From Candidatus Enterousia sp. (GTDB taxonomy: Bacteria > Pseudomonadota > Alphaproteobacteria > Rs-D84), in contig JAZOTB010000035.1 in NCBI GenBank assembly GCA_045657405.1, forward strand, positions 1 through 46,558: a stretch of 46,558 bases of DNA. Reading direction: 5' to 3'. The position numbers and the translations under genes were made by a program. Within the stretch, counting starts at the first letter, position 1, and each line of letters opens with the position of its first letter. The notes beneath the pieces are model-generated. The model was not told the origin of the DNA and ran no database searches. It saw only the letters and a list, made by a program, of their open reading frames with translations. Shown here piece after piece: positions 9,852-18,380 of this stretch.

Positions 9852-11153
9852 ATGGATTTGAAACCAACAAAACCGTTATCGGGTTTTATAGAATTATTGC
9901 CAGTACAACAACGTTGCTTTGATTTTTGCGCAGCACGTATGTTGTCTGTATTAAAAAATGCCGGATTTAATCAATTGGATTTGCCGGCAATTGAACGTGC
10001 CGAAGTTTTAACAGATAAAGATAATTGGGACGAAATTGAAACACAAATGTTCTTGTTCCAAAAGGGCGATACTAAAATGGGATTGCGCTATGATGGAACA
10101 GTCGGGCTGTCACGTTATGTTGCAGGTCACTTGAACGATTTAACTTTCCCATTTCGTGCCAGTCAGTTTTCAAAACGTTATCGTGGTGAACGTGCACAAC
10201 GTGGTCGCTATCGTGAATTTTATCAAATGGATATGGATATAATGGGTGTCAATTCATTGTCCACAAATTATGATGCAGAAATTATTTCTGTAATTCAGCG
10301 AACATTAAATTCTGTGTCTGAATTTATTGGTGGTAATTGTGTGCGTGTCGGTTCGCGACCATTTTGGGATGCGTTGTTTGATTATTTGGAAATGACAGAT
10401 AATCAGAAAAAAGACGTGTTCGTTTTAATTGATAAAAAAGATAAAATGGGCGATGACGACTTTGCTGAAGGGTTAAAAGATGTGTTAAGCGACACAGAAA
10501 AAGAAAATCAGATAAAATCTGTATTTACAAATGGTTATTCTGTGTTCTTGAACCTGTCTGACAAGTTAAATGCAGCGATTTCAGAGTTAAATGACTTTAT
10601 GAAAATGTTGGAAATGTTTGGTGTGAAAAATGCTGAAATTGATTTGTCTATTGCGCGTGGTTTGGCATATTACACAGGGTTGGTTTTTGAATTCAAATCG
10701 TTAAAGTATCCTGAACTGGGAACTGTGGCTGGTGGTGGTCGCTATGCTGACTTGGCTGGGAAATTTAGTAAAACTAAGATAATCGGGGTTGGTGCAGCAA
10801 TTGGTTTCTCAAGAATCTTTGTTGCGTTGATGGAATCTGGGGCAATTGATTTGACGCAGTTTGAAGCGCCAGTTGATGTAACTGTATTGTGTATGGGAAA
10901 TGAAAATTTATCATATGCTGTATCTGTTTTGAATGCTTTGCGTGATGAAAATATTGCTTCTGCTGCGTATTTGGATGCAGAAAAGAAGTTCAAAAATCAA
11001 ATTGAGTATGCAGATAAAATAAAGTCTAGATTCAGTATGATAATTGGCGAAACTGAGAAAGAAAATCAAGTTGTTGCGTTGAAAAATATGACGTCTGGTG
11101 AACAGGTGTCTGTATCTGTTGCGGATGCAATAAAAACTATAAAGGCGATATAA
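9852..11153 (+). CDS. hisS: Histidine--tRNA ligase
   Basis: LRYDGTV, YRGERAQRGRYREFYQ, RGLAYYTG and GGGRY motifs plus the anticodon-binding domain. Confidence 0.97.
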   Translation: MDLKPTKPLSGFIELLPVQQRCFDFCAARMLSVLKNAGFNQLDLPAIERAEVLTDKDNWDEIETQMFLFQKGDTKMGLRYDGTVGLSRYVAGHLNDLTFPFRASQFSKRYRGERAQRGRYREFYQMDMDIMGVNSLSTNYDAEIISVIQRTLNSVSEFIGGNCVRVGSRPFWDALFDYLEMTDNQKKDVFVLIDKKDKMGDDDFAEGLKDVLSDTEKENQIKSVFTNGYSVFLNLSDKLNAAISELNDFMKMLEMFGVKNAEIDLSIARGLAYYTGLVFEFKSLKYPELGTVAGGGRYADLAGKFSKTKIIGVGAAIGFSRIFVALMESGAIDLTQFEAPVDVTVLCMGNENLSYAVSVLNALRDENIASAAYLDAEKKFKNQIEYADKIKSRFSMIIGETEKENQVVALKNMTSGEQVSVSVADAIKTIKAI

Positions 11154-12217
11154 TGATTGTTGAACAAAAGTTAAAAGATATTCAGGCAAGATTTGCAGAT
11201 ATAGAAGCGCAAATGAATACAGGTAATGTTGCGGGTGATGAACTAGCAAAGTTATCTAAAGAGTATTCGCGATTGGCAGGAATTATTCCACTGATAAATG
11301 AATATTTTCAAATTGTAGCAGGTATTGCGGATGCACGCGAAATGCAAAATGATGCAGAATTGCGTGAAATTGCTAATGAGCAATTGCATGAATTAAATCA
11401 TTTGTTGCCTGATGTTGAAAAGAAATTACAAATTGCGTTGTTGCCACGTGATGATGCGGATGATAACAGTGTTATTATGGAAATTCGTGCAGGGGTTGGT
11501 GGTGAAGAATCTGCATTGTTTGCAGGTGATTTGTATAATCAGTATAAATCTTATGCGTTGCGCCAAGGTTGGAAGGTAGAGGTTATTGAAGAAAATGCAA
11601 CTTCTTTGCGTGGATACAAAGAAATTGTCTTCAAAATTGACGGTGCAGGCGCGTACGGTCGTATGAAATTTGAATCTGGAATTCATCGTGTACAACGTGT
11701 GCCAGAAACCGAAGCAGGTGGTCGTATTCATACCAGTGCGGCATCTGTTGCAGTAATGCCAGAAGCAAAAGAAATAGACGTCGTTATTGAAGATAAGGAT
11801 ATTCGTATTGATATTTTTCGCGCGTCTGGGGCAGGTGGTCAGCACGTTAATAAAACAGATAGTGCGATACGTATTACTCATTTCCCAACGGGTATTGTTG
11901 TTACGTGTCAAAATGAACGTAGTCAATTGCAAAATAAAATTGCTGCGATGGCTGTGCTGCGTTCTAAGTTGTATGAAAAACAACGTATGGAACAGGAAAA
12001 TGCAAGTAATGCATCACGTCAATCTATGGTTGGTTCTGGTGATCGTAGTGAAAAAATACGTACTTATAATTTCCCAGAACAACGTGTTACAGATCATCGT
12101 ATAAAATTAACTTTGTACAAGTTGGATGATATTTTGGCTGGTGGTGTTGCATTAGATGAAATGATAGATGCGTTGATTGCAGCAGATCAATTGGAACGTT
12201 TGGCGAATATGGAATAA
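11153..12217 (+). CDS. prfA: Peptide chain release factor 1
   Basis: EIRAGVGGEE, ESGIHRVQRVPETE (PxT), GAGGQHVNKTDSA and RSEKIRTYNFP motifs. Confidence 0.97.
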   Translation: MIVEQKLKDIQARFADIEAQMNTGNVAGDELAKLSKEYSRLAGIIPLINEYFQIVAGIADAREMQNDAELREIANEQLHELNHLLPDVEKKLQIALLPRDDADDNSVIMEIRAGVGGEESALFAGDLYNQYKSYALRQGWKVEVIEENATSLRGYKEIVFKIDGAGAYGRMKFESGIHRVQRVPETEAGGRIHTSAASVAVMPEAKEIDVVIEDKDIRIDIFRASGAGGQHVNKTDSAIRITHFPTGIVVTCQNERSQLQNKIAAMAVLRSKLYEKQRMEQENASNASRQSMVGSGDRSEKIRTYNFPEQRVTDHRIKLTLYKLDDILAGGVALDEMIDALIAADQLERLANME

Positions 12218-12287
12218 ATACGGGTGCTAGATATGAAGTGTGTGCGTATTGTTTTTTTAAGTGATGGTACAGAACCTGATTGTGAAT

Positions 12288-12313
12288 AAAAAACGCCCAA
12301 TCGGGCGTTTTTT
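12288..12313. terminator. Bidirectional intrinsic terminator
   Basis: AAAAAACGCCCAATCGGGCGTTTTTT. Confidence 0.85.
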
Positions 12314-13346
12314 AGAATATGTATTTTATATTTATTCCGCCAAACCATCCGTATATGTTGCCGTCATGACGACCAATTGTTGCGGATACATTGGTGTTGT
12401 AAACTTGTTTGCTGATGTTCAGGCTGTATTCAAAGTAATTACCATAGTTTAATTCGGGCAATAATACATTGTTGGCATATGTGTCGCCATCAATATATGT
12501 TATTATATATTTAGCACTAAGGGTGCCGTACCATTGATTTCCGATGTGTTTGATAGCGGATATTTCTGGTGTGATATTTAATGCGTTAAAATTGCTGTTT
12601 GTAATATTTGTATTTGATGTGGATATGTAGTTGTCAGACTTTATCCATGTGTATCCGATGTAAACGGCAGGGCGTATAGCAAAGGTTTTATCCAGGTTTA
12701 ATGTATATGTTGCCTTGGTGCTGCCGCTTAACCAAAAGTTGGTATATGTGTCAGATGTTGTTGTGGTAGAATTGCTCATGACACCGCCAGTCAAGATAGT
12801 TTGAATATCAAAATTGTTGGCAGAAAAGCCATTTGATATTCCAAAAAATCCGCTTTGTTCTGTGTTGTCTAGGTTTGTGTTTGTTTGGTGTGTATGTGTA
12901 TAACCGCTGTGGATTCCCCAATCATAAGTTGTGCTGGTGTCTCCGTTCAAGCCTGCGATTACTAGGTCTGTATTTGTTTTGATGTTTGGTATGGTAGTAT
13001 AATTTGTTGTATGTGTATTGTGTTGCCAACTAATCCATATGTTGCTTAATATGTTTGATAATTGTGTGTCGCCACCGTTTCGGCCGAAAAGGCCGTCGTC
13101 GTTATATTCACCGTATGTTTGCATTTGACCGTACATAGGTGCTTGACCGTACATGTCTTTGGTTTGTGTGGTGTGTTTTTTATTTTTTGTTTTTTGTATT
13201 TTTGGTTGTGAAAAAACTTGCTGTGCAATTGCGTACTGAATATTAGTGATGTTATGTGCGGAAATTGCATTTGAATATTCGTTAAACGCGTGTGCAGAAT
13301 ATGTGTATAATGTAATTAAAGAGGTCGTTATGATAAGTTTTTTCAT
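12312..13346 (-). CDS. Outer-membrane beta-barrel protein, autotransporter-beta-domain-like, with a minimal passenger
   Basis: Signal peptide, GRNGGD linker, alternating amphipathic strands and C-terminal ...GGINIKYIF (BAM beta-signal). Confidence 0.7.
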   Translation of the reverse strand: MKKLIITTSLITLYTYSAHAFNEYSNAISAHNITNIQYAIAQQVFSQPKIQKTKNKKHTTQTKDMYGQAPMYGQMQTYGEYNDDGLFGRNGGDTQLSNILSNIWISWQHNTHTTNYTTIPNIKTNTDLVIAGLNGDTSTTYDWGIHSGYTHTHQTNTNLDNTEQSGFFGISNGFSANNFDIQTILTGGVMSNSTTTTSDTYTNFWLSGSTKATYTLNLDKTFAIRPAVYIGYTWIKSDNYISTSNTNITNSNFNALNITPEISAIKHIGNQWYGTLSAKYIITYIDGDTYANNVLLPELNYGNYFEYSLNISKQVYNTNVSATIGRHDGNIYGWFGGINIKYIF

Positions 13347-13463
13347 ATCTGATTCCTTTCTTTTATAAATGTTATTATATCACAAAAAAGTAAAAATAAA
13401 AATGCTATTAAATAATGAATTGTTATTGTAAAAAGTGAAATTTTTGATATTATTTATCGTGTT

Positions 13464-14024
13464 ATGAATAAAGAAAATGAAGATTTTATTGATAGACCTG
13501 TTGTTATGGTTGGATTGATGGGTGCTGGCAAAACTAGTGTAGGGCGCGCATTGGCCAGGCGTGTGGGTATTCCGTTTGTTGATTCTGATAAAGAAATAGA
13601 GGCGGCAGCGGGTTGTAGTGTTGTTGATATTTTTGCTATGTATGGCGAGGATGAATTTCGTCGTGTTGAACAACGTGTGATTGAGCGTATTTTGGATACG
13701 CCACCTGCGTTAAAAGTTATCTCTACGGGCGAGGGGGCTTTTATTACGCCTGCGGTTCGTCAGATGGTGTTAGATAGGGCTTTGTCTGTTTGGTTAAAGG
13801 CAGATTTGGATTTGTTGGTTAAGCGCACAGGATCGCGTGATACGCGTCCGCAACTGCTGAATACGGATAGTAGGAAAATATTAGAGCAACTGATATGTGA
13901 ACGTTATAAAACTTATGCTTTGGCCGATATAACAGTGGAAACAAAAGACGAGAATTTGCGTAAAACTTTGTATAAGGTTTTGTCTGCAATAGAGGAGTAT
14001 TCTAATAAACAGGATAAGGAGTAA
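13464..14024 (+). CDS. aroK: Shikimate kinase
   Basis: VGLMGAGKTSVG P-loop, FVDSDKEIE, GEDEFR, VISTGEG and RP motifs. Confidence 0.93.
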   Translation: MNKENEDFIDRPVVMVGLMGAGKTSVGRALARRVGIPFVDSDKEIEAAAGCSVVDIFAMYGEDEFRRVEQRVIERILDTPPALKVISTGEGAFITPAVRQMVLDRALSVWLKADLDLLVKRTGSRDTRPQLLNTDSRKILEQLICERYKTYALADITVETKDENLRKTLYKVLSAIEEYSNKQDKE

Positions 14025-14027
14025 AAA

Positions 14028-14600
14028 ATGGCTAAAAAGAATAATGTGTTCAAAGAATTTGGTGCTTTTGTCCAACGTGGTAATGCAATAGATATGGCTG
14101 TTGGTATCATTGTTGGTAGTGTTATGACAAGTGTGGTTAATTCGTTGGTAAAAGATGTTATTATGCCTCCGATTGGGTTGTTAGTCGGAGGGGTTGATTT
14201 TTCGCAATGGTTTTTTGTGCTTGGTGGCGGTACGGCTGGCGCAACATATGAAACAATTGCGCAAGCGCAGGCTGCTGGTGCGACTACGTTGAATTTAGGT
14301 TTGTTTTTGAATTCTGTGGTCAGTTTCTTTATTACAATGTTTGCGATATTTTTGTTTGTTCGTACAATGAATAAAATGCGTGACAAAAAACCTGCAAATA
14401 CACATGCGTGTCCATATTGTAAGTCTAATATTAGTAACTTGGCGACAAAGTGTGCTTTTTGTTGTTCAAAGGTGGAACCTGTTGAAGCGGGCGCTGTAGA
14501 AGAAAGTGACTTGAAAAAAGGGTTGAAAACGTTGAAAAAAGTTGCTGCAAATGTTGCAACGGATTCTGTGTCCAAGATAAAAAGAATTACAAAACATTAA
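14028..14600 (+). CDS. mscL: Large-conductance mechanosensitive channel with a C-terminal zinc-ribbon extension
   Basis: FKEF..F..RGNAIDMAVGIIVG, VNSLVKDVIMPPIG; C-terminal CPYC...CAFC. Confidence 0.93.
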   Translation: MAKKNNVFKEFGAFVQRGNAIDMAVGIIVGSVMTSVVNSLVKDVIMPPIGLLVGGVDFSQWFFVLGGGTAGATYETIAQAQAAGATTLNLGLFLNSVVSFFITMFAIFLFVRTMNKMRDKKPANTHACPYCKSNISNLATKCAFCCSKVEPVEAGAVEESDLKKGLKTLKKVAANVATDSVSKIKRITKH

Positions 14601-14618
14601 GTTTTTTGTTGGATTTAT

Positions 14619-14645
14619 AAAAACAGGCGAAATGCCTGTTTTTTT
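14619..14645 (+). terminator. Intrinsic terminator after mscL
   Basis: AAAAACAGGC-GAAAT-GCCTGTTTTTTT. Confidence 0.85.
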
Positions 14646-14659
14646 GTGGGTTTGTTATT

Positions 14660-14682
14660 GGGTAGGGCAGATTATGTATAGT
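14660..14682 (+). other. KOPS octamer followed by an isolated copy of the XerD-type half-site
   Basis: GGGTAGGG at 14660-14667. TTATGTATAGT at 14672-14682 is identical to the right arm of the dif-like site. Confidence 0.5.
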
Positions 14683-14888
14683 TTTTGAATTGTGGGATTG
14701 TTAGATGTTTTTTTGGCTGGGTTATATATTAGGGACTTGTTTGTGTTGTGATGTTTTTTTTATTTGTTGTGTGTAATGAATAGTTTTGTTTGTGTGGTTA
14801 TGTAGTTGGGTGTAATAAAATAATTTTTTTATAACAGGGTGCGTTAATATAAAAAGTCTTAGAAAGCCGCAGGGTGTAGAATATTGTA

Positions 14889-14916
14889 AAGGCGCATAAT
14901 GTATATTATGTATAGT
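14889..14916 (+). other. dif: dif-like XerC/XerD recombination site
   Basis: AAGGCGCATAA-TGTATA-TTATGTATAGT versus E. coli dif GGTGCGCATAA-TGTATA-TTATGTTAAAT: 22/28 identical with 20 contiguous matches; lies in a 690-bp non-coding region. Confidence 0.85.
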
Positions 14917-15110
14917 TTTGTTGTGTAGAGATTAGTTTTTTGTAATAGTATGTGCTTCAATTCAAACTGCGTTTTACTTGTTTTTATTGGTGCGCCTGTA
15001 TATATAATATGCGTCATTGTGTTTTTGTTTTTTTATTTTGTTGTTTGTTGAAGTCGTTTTGCTTTTTTTTAATTAAATATTATTGAAATGTTTTTTTTGT
15101 TTCAGATGTT

Positions 15111-15143
15111 TGTATTATATACGTATTATATGTGTATTATATA
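15111..15143. repeat. Three tandem AT-rich 11-mers
   Basis: TGTATTATATA CGTATTATATG TGTATTATATA. Confidence 0.7.
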
Positions 15144-15223
15144 TTTGGTTTGGTTTTGTGTGTTGATATGTTGTTTATAATTAAAGGGATTTGAAAAAAT
15201 GTGTTTTGTGCCCTATTTTGAGT

Positions 15224-15269
15224 CAAAAACCCAAAAAAACCGCAGAATTCTGCGGTTTTTGGGTTTTTG
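15224..15269 (-). terminator. Long inverted repeat/terminator downstream of the Cys-motif gene array
   Basis: AAAAACCCAAAAAAACCGCAGAATTCTGCGGTTTTTGGGTTTTT. Confidence 0.75.
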
Positions 15270-15289
15270 TTGTAAAAAAACAGGTGTTT

Positions 15290-15811
15290 TTATTTTGTTT
15301 GATTTGAGTGTTCTTTGATTAGTTGTTTTTTGTAAAAGTCACAACGTCTGGCAATTTGTTTTGCCAAGGATAACCCGTATTCTTGTGTTTCACGTGGGCT
15401 TGTTGTTTCGTGGTCGCCATATGCGTTTGTATGTTCATATATAATTTGGTTGTTTATTGTTGGCATAAAGCCTTGATTGGTTTGTATTGTGTTCAAGGTG
15501 CATCTAAGGCTGCAGCCAGTACATATATTTGTATTATTGGTAGATTGTGTAATTTCGGTTAAAAATTTTGGTTTGTAATCTTTGCAGTATCGTGCAATTG
15601 TTCTTGCTTGGTCTATGGTGCTATATTTATTAAAGTGTTTGCGAGCTGCGCGTTTGATTCTGTTTTGGTCGTAAAAATAAACGTATGCTTTGCCGTCAAT
15701 TGTGGGGATGTATGCACCCTTTTTCTTGGTACTTGGTGCGGCGTCCAGTAGGCAATGTTTTGCACAGCCGTTACATTTGTTTGTGTTTATTTTTAATGTT
15801 TGTGTGAACAT
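15290..15811 (-). CDS. Hypothetical protein with two CxGCxxxC...PTI...C domains
   Basis: CNGCAKHC..YIPTIDGK..IARYCKDY and CTGCSLRC..FMPTINNQ..IARRCDFY. Confidence 0.75.
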   Translation of the reverse strand: MFTQTLKINTNKCNGCAKHCLLDAAPSTKKKGAYIPTIDGKAYVYFYDQNRIKRAARKHFNKYSTIDQARTIARYCKDYKPKFLTEITQSTNNTNICTGCSLRCTLNTIQTNQGFMPTINNQIIYEHTNAYGDHETTSPRETQEYGLSLAKQIARRCDFYKKQLIKEHSNQTK

Positions 15812-15817
15812 TTTGTT

Positions 15818-16318
15818 TTACTTTTTATTTTGATAGTGGTCGCATAGTTTTGAGATTTTATGCATTGCGTGCATTTTTGCATGAAAATCATCGTGATATA
15901 CGGGTGGTATTTGTGTTTCGCCAAATGTGTTTATGTATTTTGTTATGGTTTTGCTGCCTATTTTTGGGTAGAAGATACCTTGTATTTTTTGTGATGATAC
16001 GGCGCAGCGTTTTGGACAGCCTGTGCATATATCATAGTCAAGAGCGGTTGTTGGCTGGCGTAAGATGCGTATATCTTTGAATGATGGGCATTTTTTTGTT
16101 AGTATTTTTGCACAGTTCATCGCGTCGTGTGCGGTTCTGTATAGGTGAGAATTGTGTTTGTTGCCTTGTGAATCAAAATAGTGTGTTTTGACTTTGTTGT
16201 CAATTACAGGCAGATAACCGCTGGTGCCGGGTTTTGAGTAATAGAAAGCGCTTACGACACAATGTTTGTTGCATCCGTTACATTTATTTGTGTTTATACC
16301 GCTTTCTTGTGTAAACAT
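15818..16318 (-). CDS. Paralogous two-domain CxGCxxxC protein
   Basis: N-terminus MFTQ...INTNKCNGC is shared with 15290-15811; second domain CTGCPKRC..FYPKIGSK..LCDHY. Confidence 0.75.
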   Translation of the reverse strand: MFTQESGINTNKCNGCNKHCVVSAFYYSKPGTSGYLPVIDNKVKTHYFDSQGNKHNSHLYRTAHDAMNCAKILTKKCPSFKDIRILRQPTTALDYDICTGCPKRCAVSSQKIQGIFYPKIGSKTITKYINTFGETQIPPVYHDDFHAKMHAMHKISKLCDHYQNKK

Positions 16319-16322
16319 GGGT

Positions 16323-16574
16323 TTATTTGGTGTGCTGATAGTACGCGCAATGCTGTACGTGTATTTTTGCGCGTGCGATTGCGTGTTCTTTTGTTTTTGT
16401 AGTTGCGTCTTTTTCGATGCCGTTAATGTCGGTGTATATTGCTAGTTTTTTGCTGTTTATTGTTGGGTAGTACTTTGCAGGGAAAGAAAATAATTTTCTT
16501 TGTGCGCCCAAAGTGCAGTGAAAATCGCAACCGTGGCAGTATTTGTTTTCGTTGTTTTGTTGTTTGATACACAT
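16323..16574 (-). CDS. Paralogous single-domain CxGCxxxC protein
   Basis: CHGCDFHC..YYPTINSK..YTDING..HCAYY; AAGGA RBS upstream. Confidence 0.7.
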   Translation of the reverse strand: MCIKQQNNENKYCHGCDFHCTLGAQRKLFSFPAKYYPTINSKKLAIYTDINGIEKDATTKTKEHAIARAKIHVQHCAYYQHTK

Positions 16575-16607
16575 ATTTTATATCCTTTTTTGTTTTTATT
16601 TTATATA

Positions 16608-16635
16608 AATATAGACAAAATTACAAAAATGTCAA
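16608..16635 (-). promoter_or_regulatory. Sigma70-type promoter for the Cys-motif gene array
   Basis: Minus strand TTGACA-N16-TATATT. Confidence 0.6.
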
Positions 16636-16675
16636 GTTGATTTTATGTTTTTTTAGTGGTATTCTTATTTTTGTT

Positions 16676-17389
16676 ATGAGATTAGATAAAGAGTTGGTTT
16701 TTAGAAATGTGTACCCTACCCGCGCCAAGGCCGTGGCTGCGATAAAGTCTGGGTTGGTGTTCGTTAATGGCAAAGTTGTTGATAAACCAAGTTTTGCTGT
16801 TGTGGAATCTGATGTATTGAATGGTGGGGATTTGCCTTATTCTACTGGTCGCGGATCGTTAAAATTAGCGCGCGCCTTGGAGTTTTTTGATATAAATCCA
16901 AATGGTTTTGTTTGTTTGGATGTTGGTGCTAGTACAGGTGGCTTTACGGATGTTTTGTTAAAAAATGGTGCAAAAAAAGTATTTGCTGTAGATGTAGGAA
17001 CGAACCAATTAGTTGCTGAATTGCGTAATGATGCGCGTGTTGTGTCGCTGGAACAAACAGATATTCGTAATTTGTCTCCTATTTCGTTAGTTGATTTAAT
17101 TGTGATAGATGTTTCTTTTGTGTCACTGACGAATATTGTAGATTGTTTGTTGCAATGGGGCGCGAAGGCTATTGTTGTGTTGATAAAACCTCAGTTTGAA
17201 GTGCCGCGTGATGTTGCAGCAAAATTTAATGGAATAATAAAGTCATCAGAGTGGCATGACTGGTCAATAAATCATGTTATAAGTGCGTTTTTGGGTATTG
17301 GGTTTGATTGTGTTGGTGTTACAGAATCGCCTGTCAAAGGTGGTAGTGGAAATACAGAATTTTTAGCGTGTTTTAAGTTAAAAAAATAA
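16676..17389 (+). CDS. tlyA: TlyA family rRNA 2'-O-methyltransferase (S4 + FtsJ domains)
   Basis: MRLDKEL, RGSLKL, LDVGASTGGFTD, AVDVG.NQL, DVSF.SL, KPQFE and SP.KG..GN.EF motifs; start moved to ATG 16676. Confidence 0.93.
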   Translation: MRLDKELVFRNVYPTRAKAVAAIKSGLVFVNGKVVDKPSFAVVESDVLNGGDLPYSTGRGSLKLARALEFFDINPNGFVCLDVGASTGGFTDVLLKNGAKKVFAVDVGTNQLVAELRNDARVVSLEQTDIRNLSPISLVDLIVIDVSFVSLTNIVDCLLQWGAKAIVVLIKPQFEVPRDVAAKFNGIIKSSEWHDWSINHVISAFLGIGFDCVGVTESPVKGGSGNTEFLACFKLKK

Positions 17390-17444
17390 ATTAATATATA
17401 TGTGTAACTGGTTGAAAGTTTTGTGTTTTTATAATTGTGGTGAT

Positions 17445-18380
17445 TTAGTTCATTTTTAATCCGAATAAACGAAGTGTGCCCTTTTTAGACACTGTTAGAA
17501 ATGGTATATTTGTTTTTGGATTATGTTTACCAAACATTTTTTGTATTTTGCGATGTTCTTGTTTTATGAAGTCTTCGGGGTAAAGATCAATTTTTGCAGC
17601 GGTGCGTGTAAAAGATGAATATACACTTAGTGGTACTAAGTTATAATGATATGGCTTAAATGAATAAAAATGTGCAATACATATGTTTTGTTGTACATAG
17701 TTACGTTCAGACGGTTTGAATTTTGTATCAACGTAAATTTCAGGAATACAATTATATCGCAGCGGTAATTCTAGAATATTGCCATCAAACATTGTGTTTA
17801 GGATATCTTGGTCTGGGTATGTTAATTCGCATTTTATTGGCCATGGTGATTGTGTTGTGCGCAAGTGTTCCATGTTTAGTAATAATACACCAGAATTTAC
17901 ATATAAGTTGTGCTTTAGGTATTTGTCTTTGAATTCACGAACGTATGTTCCATTTGGATCGTCTTTGATGTTTGTTGGTGCCATATCGCGAATTGCGCCC
18001 ATTGCATACTGTGATATATCTGTGTTATATAAATCAGACAAGTCAGATTGAACTAACGTGTCAGAATCTAGGTATAACATCTTGTTTGTATTTGGAAAAA
18101 TTATATGCGCAAACAGACGGTAAAAAATTACAGGTGACCATCTAGAATAATTGACGTCGGCATATGGATTTTGTTTTTTTGACACAGTTCGCCATATTAA
18201 TTTGTTGTTTTGGCCGATGAATTTTTTTATTTTTCTGTACCCACGTGTGTGTGGTGCGACCATACAATGTATGTTGACGGTTGTGTCTGGTTTTTTATTC
18301 TCTATTAAAGAATAAATAGAAACAGCGGCCATGCGCCAAAAGTTATTATCAAAACAATATAATACATTTATTTCAGACAT
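17445..18380 (-). CDS. Glycosyltransferase family 8 (LPS core-type)
   Basis: FYRLF, KMLYLDSD, YVNSGVLLLN, PDQDILN, LPLRYN and IAHF..KP motifs. Confidence 0.9.
   Translation of the reverse strand: MSEINVLYCFDNNFWRMAAVSIYSLIENKKPDTTVNIHCMVAPHTRGYRKIKKFIGQNNKLIWRTVSKKQNPYADVNYSRWSPVIFYRLFAHIIFPNTNKMLYLDSDTLVQSDLSDLYNTDISQYAMGAIRDMAPTNIKDDPNGTYVREFKDKYLKHNLYVNSGVLLLNMEHLRTTQSPWPIKCELTYPDQDILNTMFDGNILELPLRYNCIPEIYVDTKFKPSERNYVQQNICIAHFYSFKPYHYNLVPLSVYSSFTRTAAKIDLYPEDFIKQEHRKIQKMFGKHNPKTNIPFLTVSKKGTLRLFGLKMN

Noticed and set aside
12234..12290. 18-codon ORF (MKCVRIVFLSDGTEPDCE) after prfA where prmC often lies
   Set aside because: It is too short, has no clear RBS and does not resemble PrmC.
13913..14575. 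220-aa antisense ORF and other long shadow ORFs (e.g. 11426-11983, 22903-23418, 26071-26637, 41743-42270)
   Set aside because: They lie opposite well-supported genes and have no motifs; they are explained by codon bias.
14858..14870. CTTAGAAAGCC as a trans target of the C4-like RNA
   Set aside because: It resembles only the a1 half, with one fewer A and no adjacent b site; this is plausible by chance in AT-rich DNA.
14646..15223. Canonical oriC
   Set aside because: I found no perfect DnaA boxes or CtrA TTAA-N7-TTAA sites, no skew inversion and no dnaA/hemE/parAB neighbours; kept only as a hypothesis.
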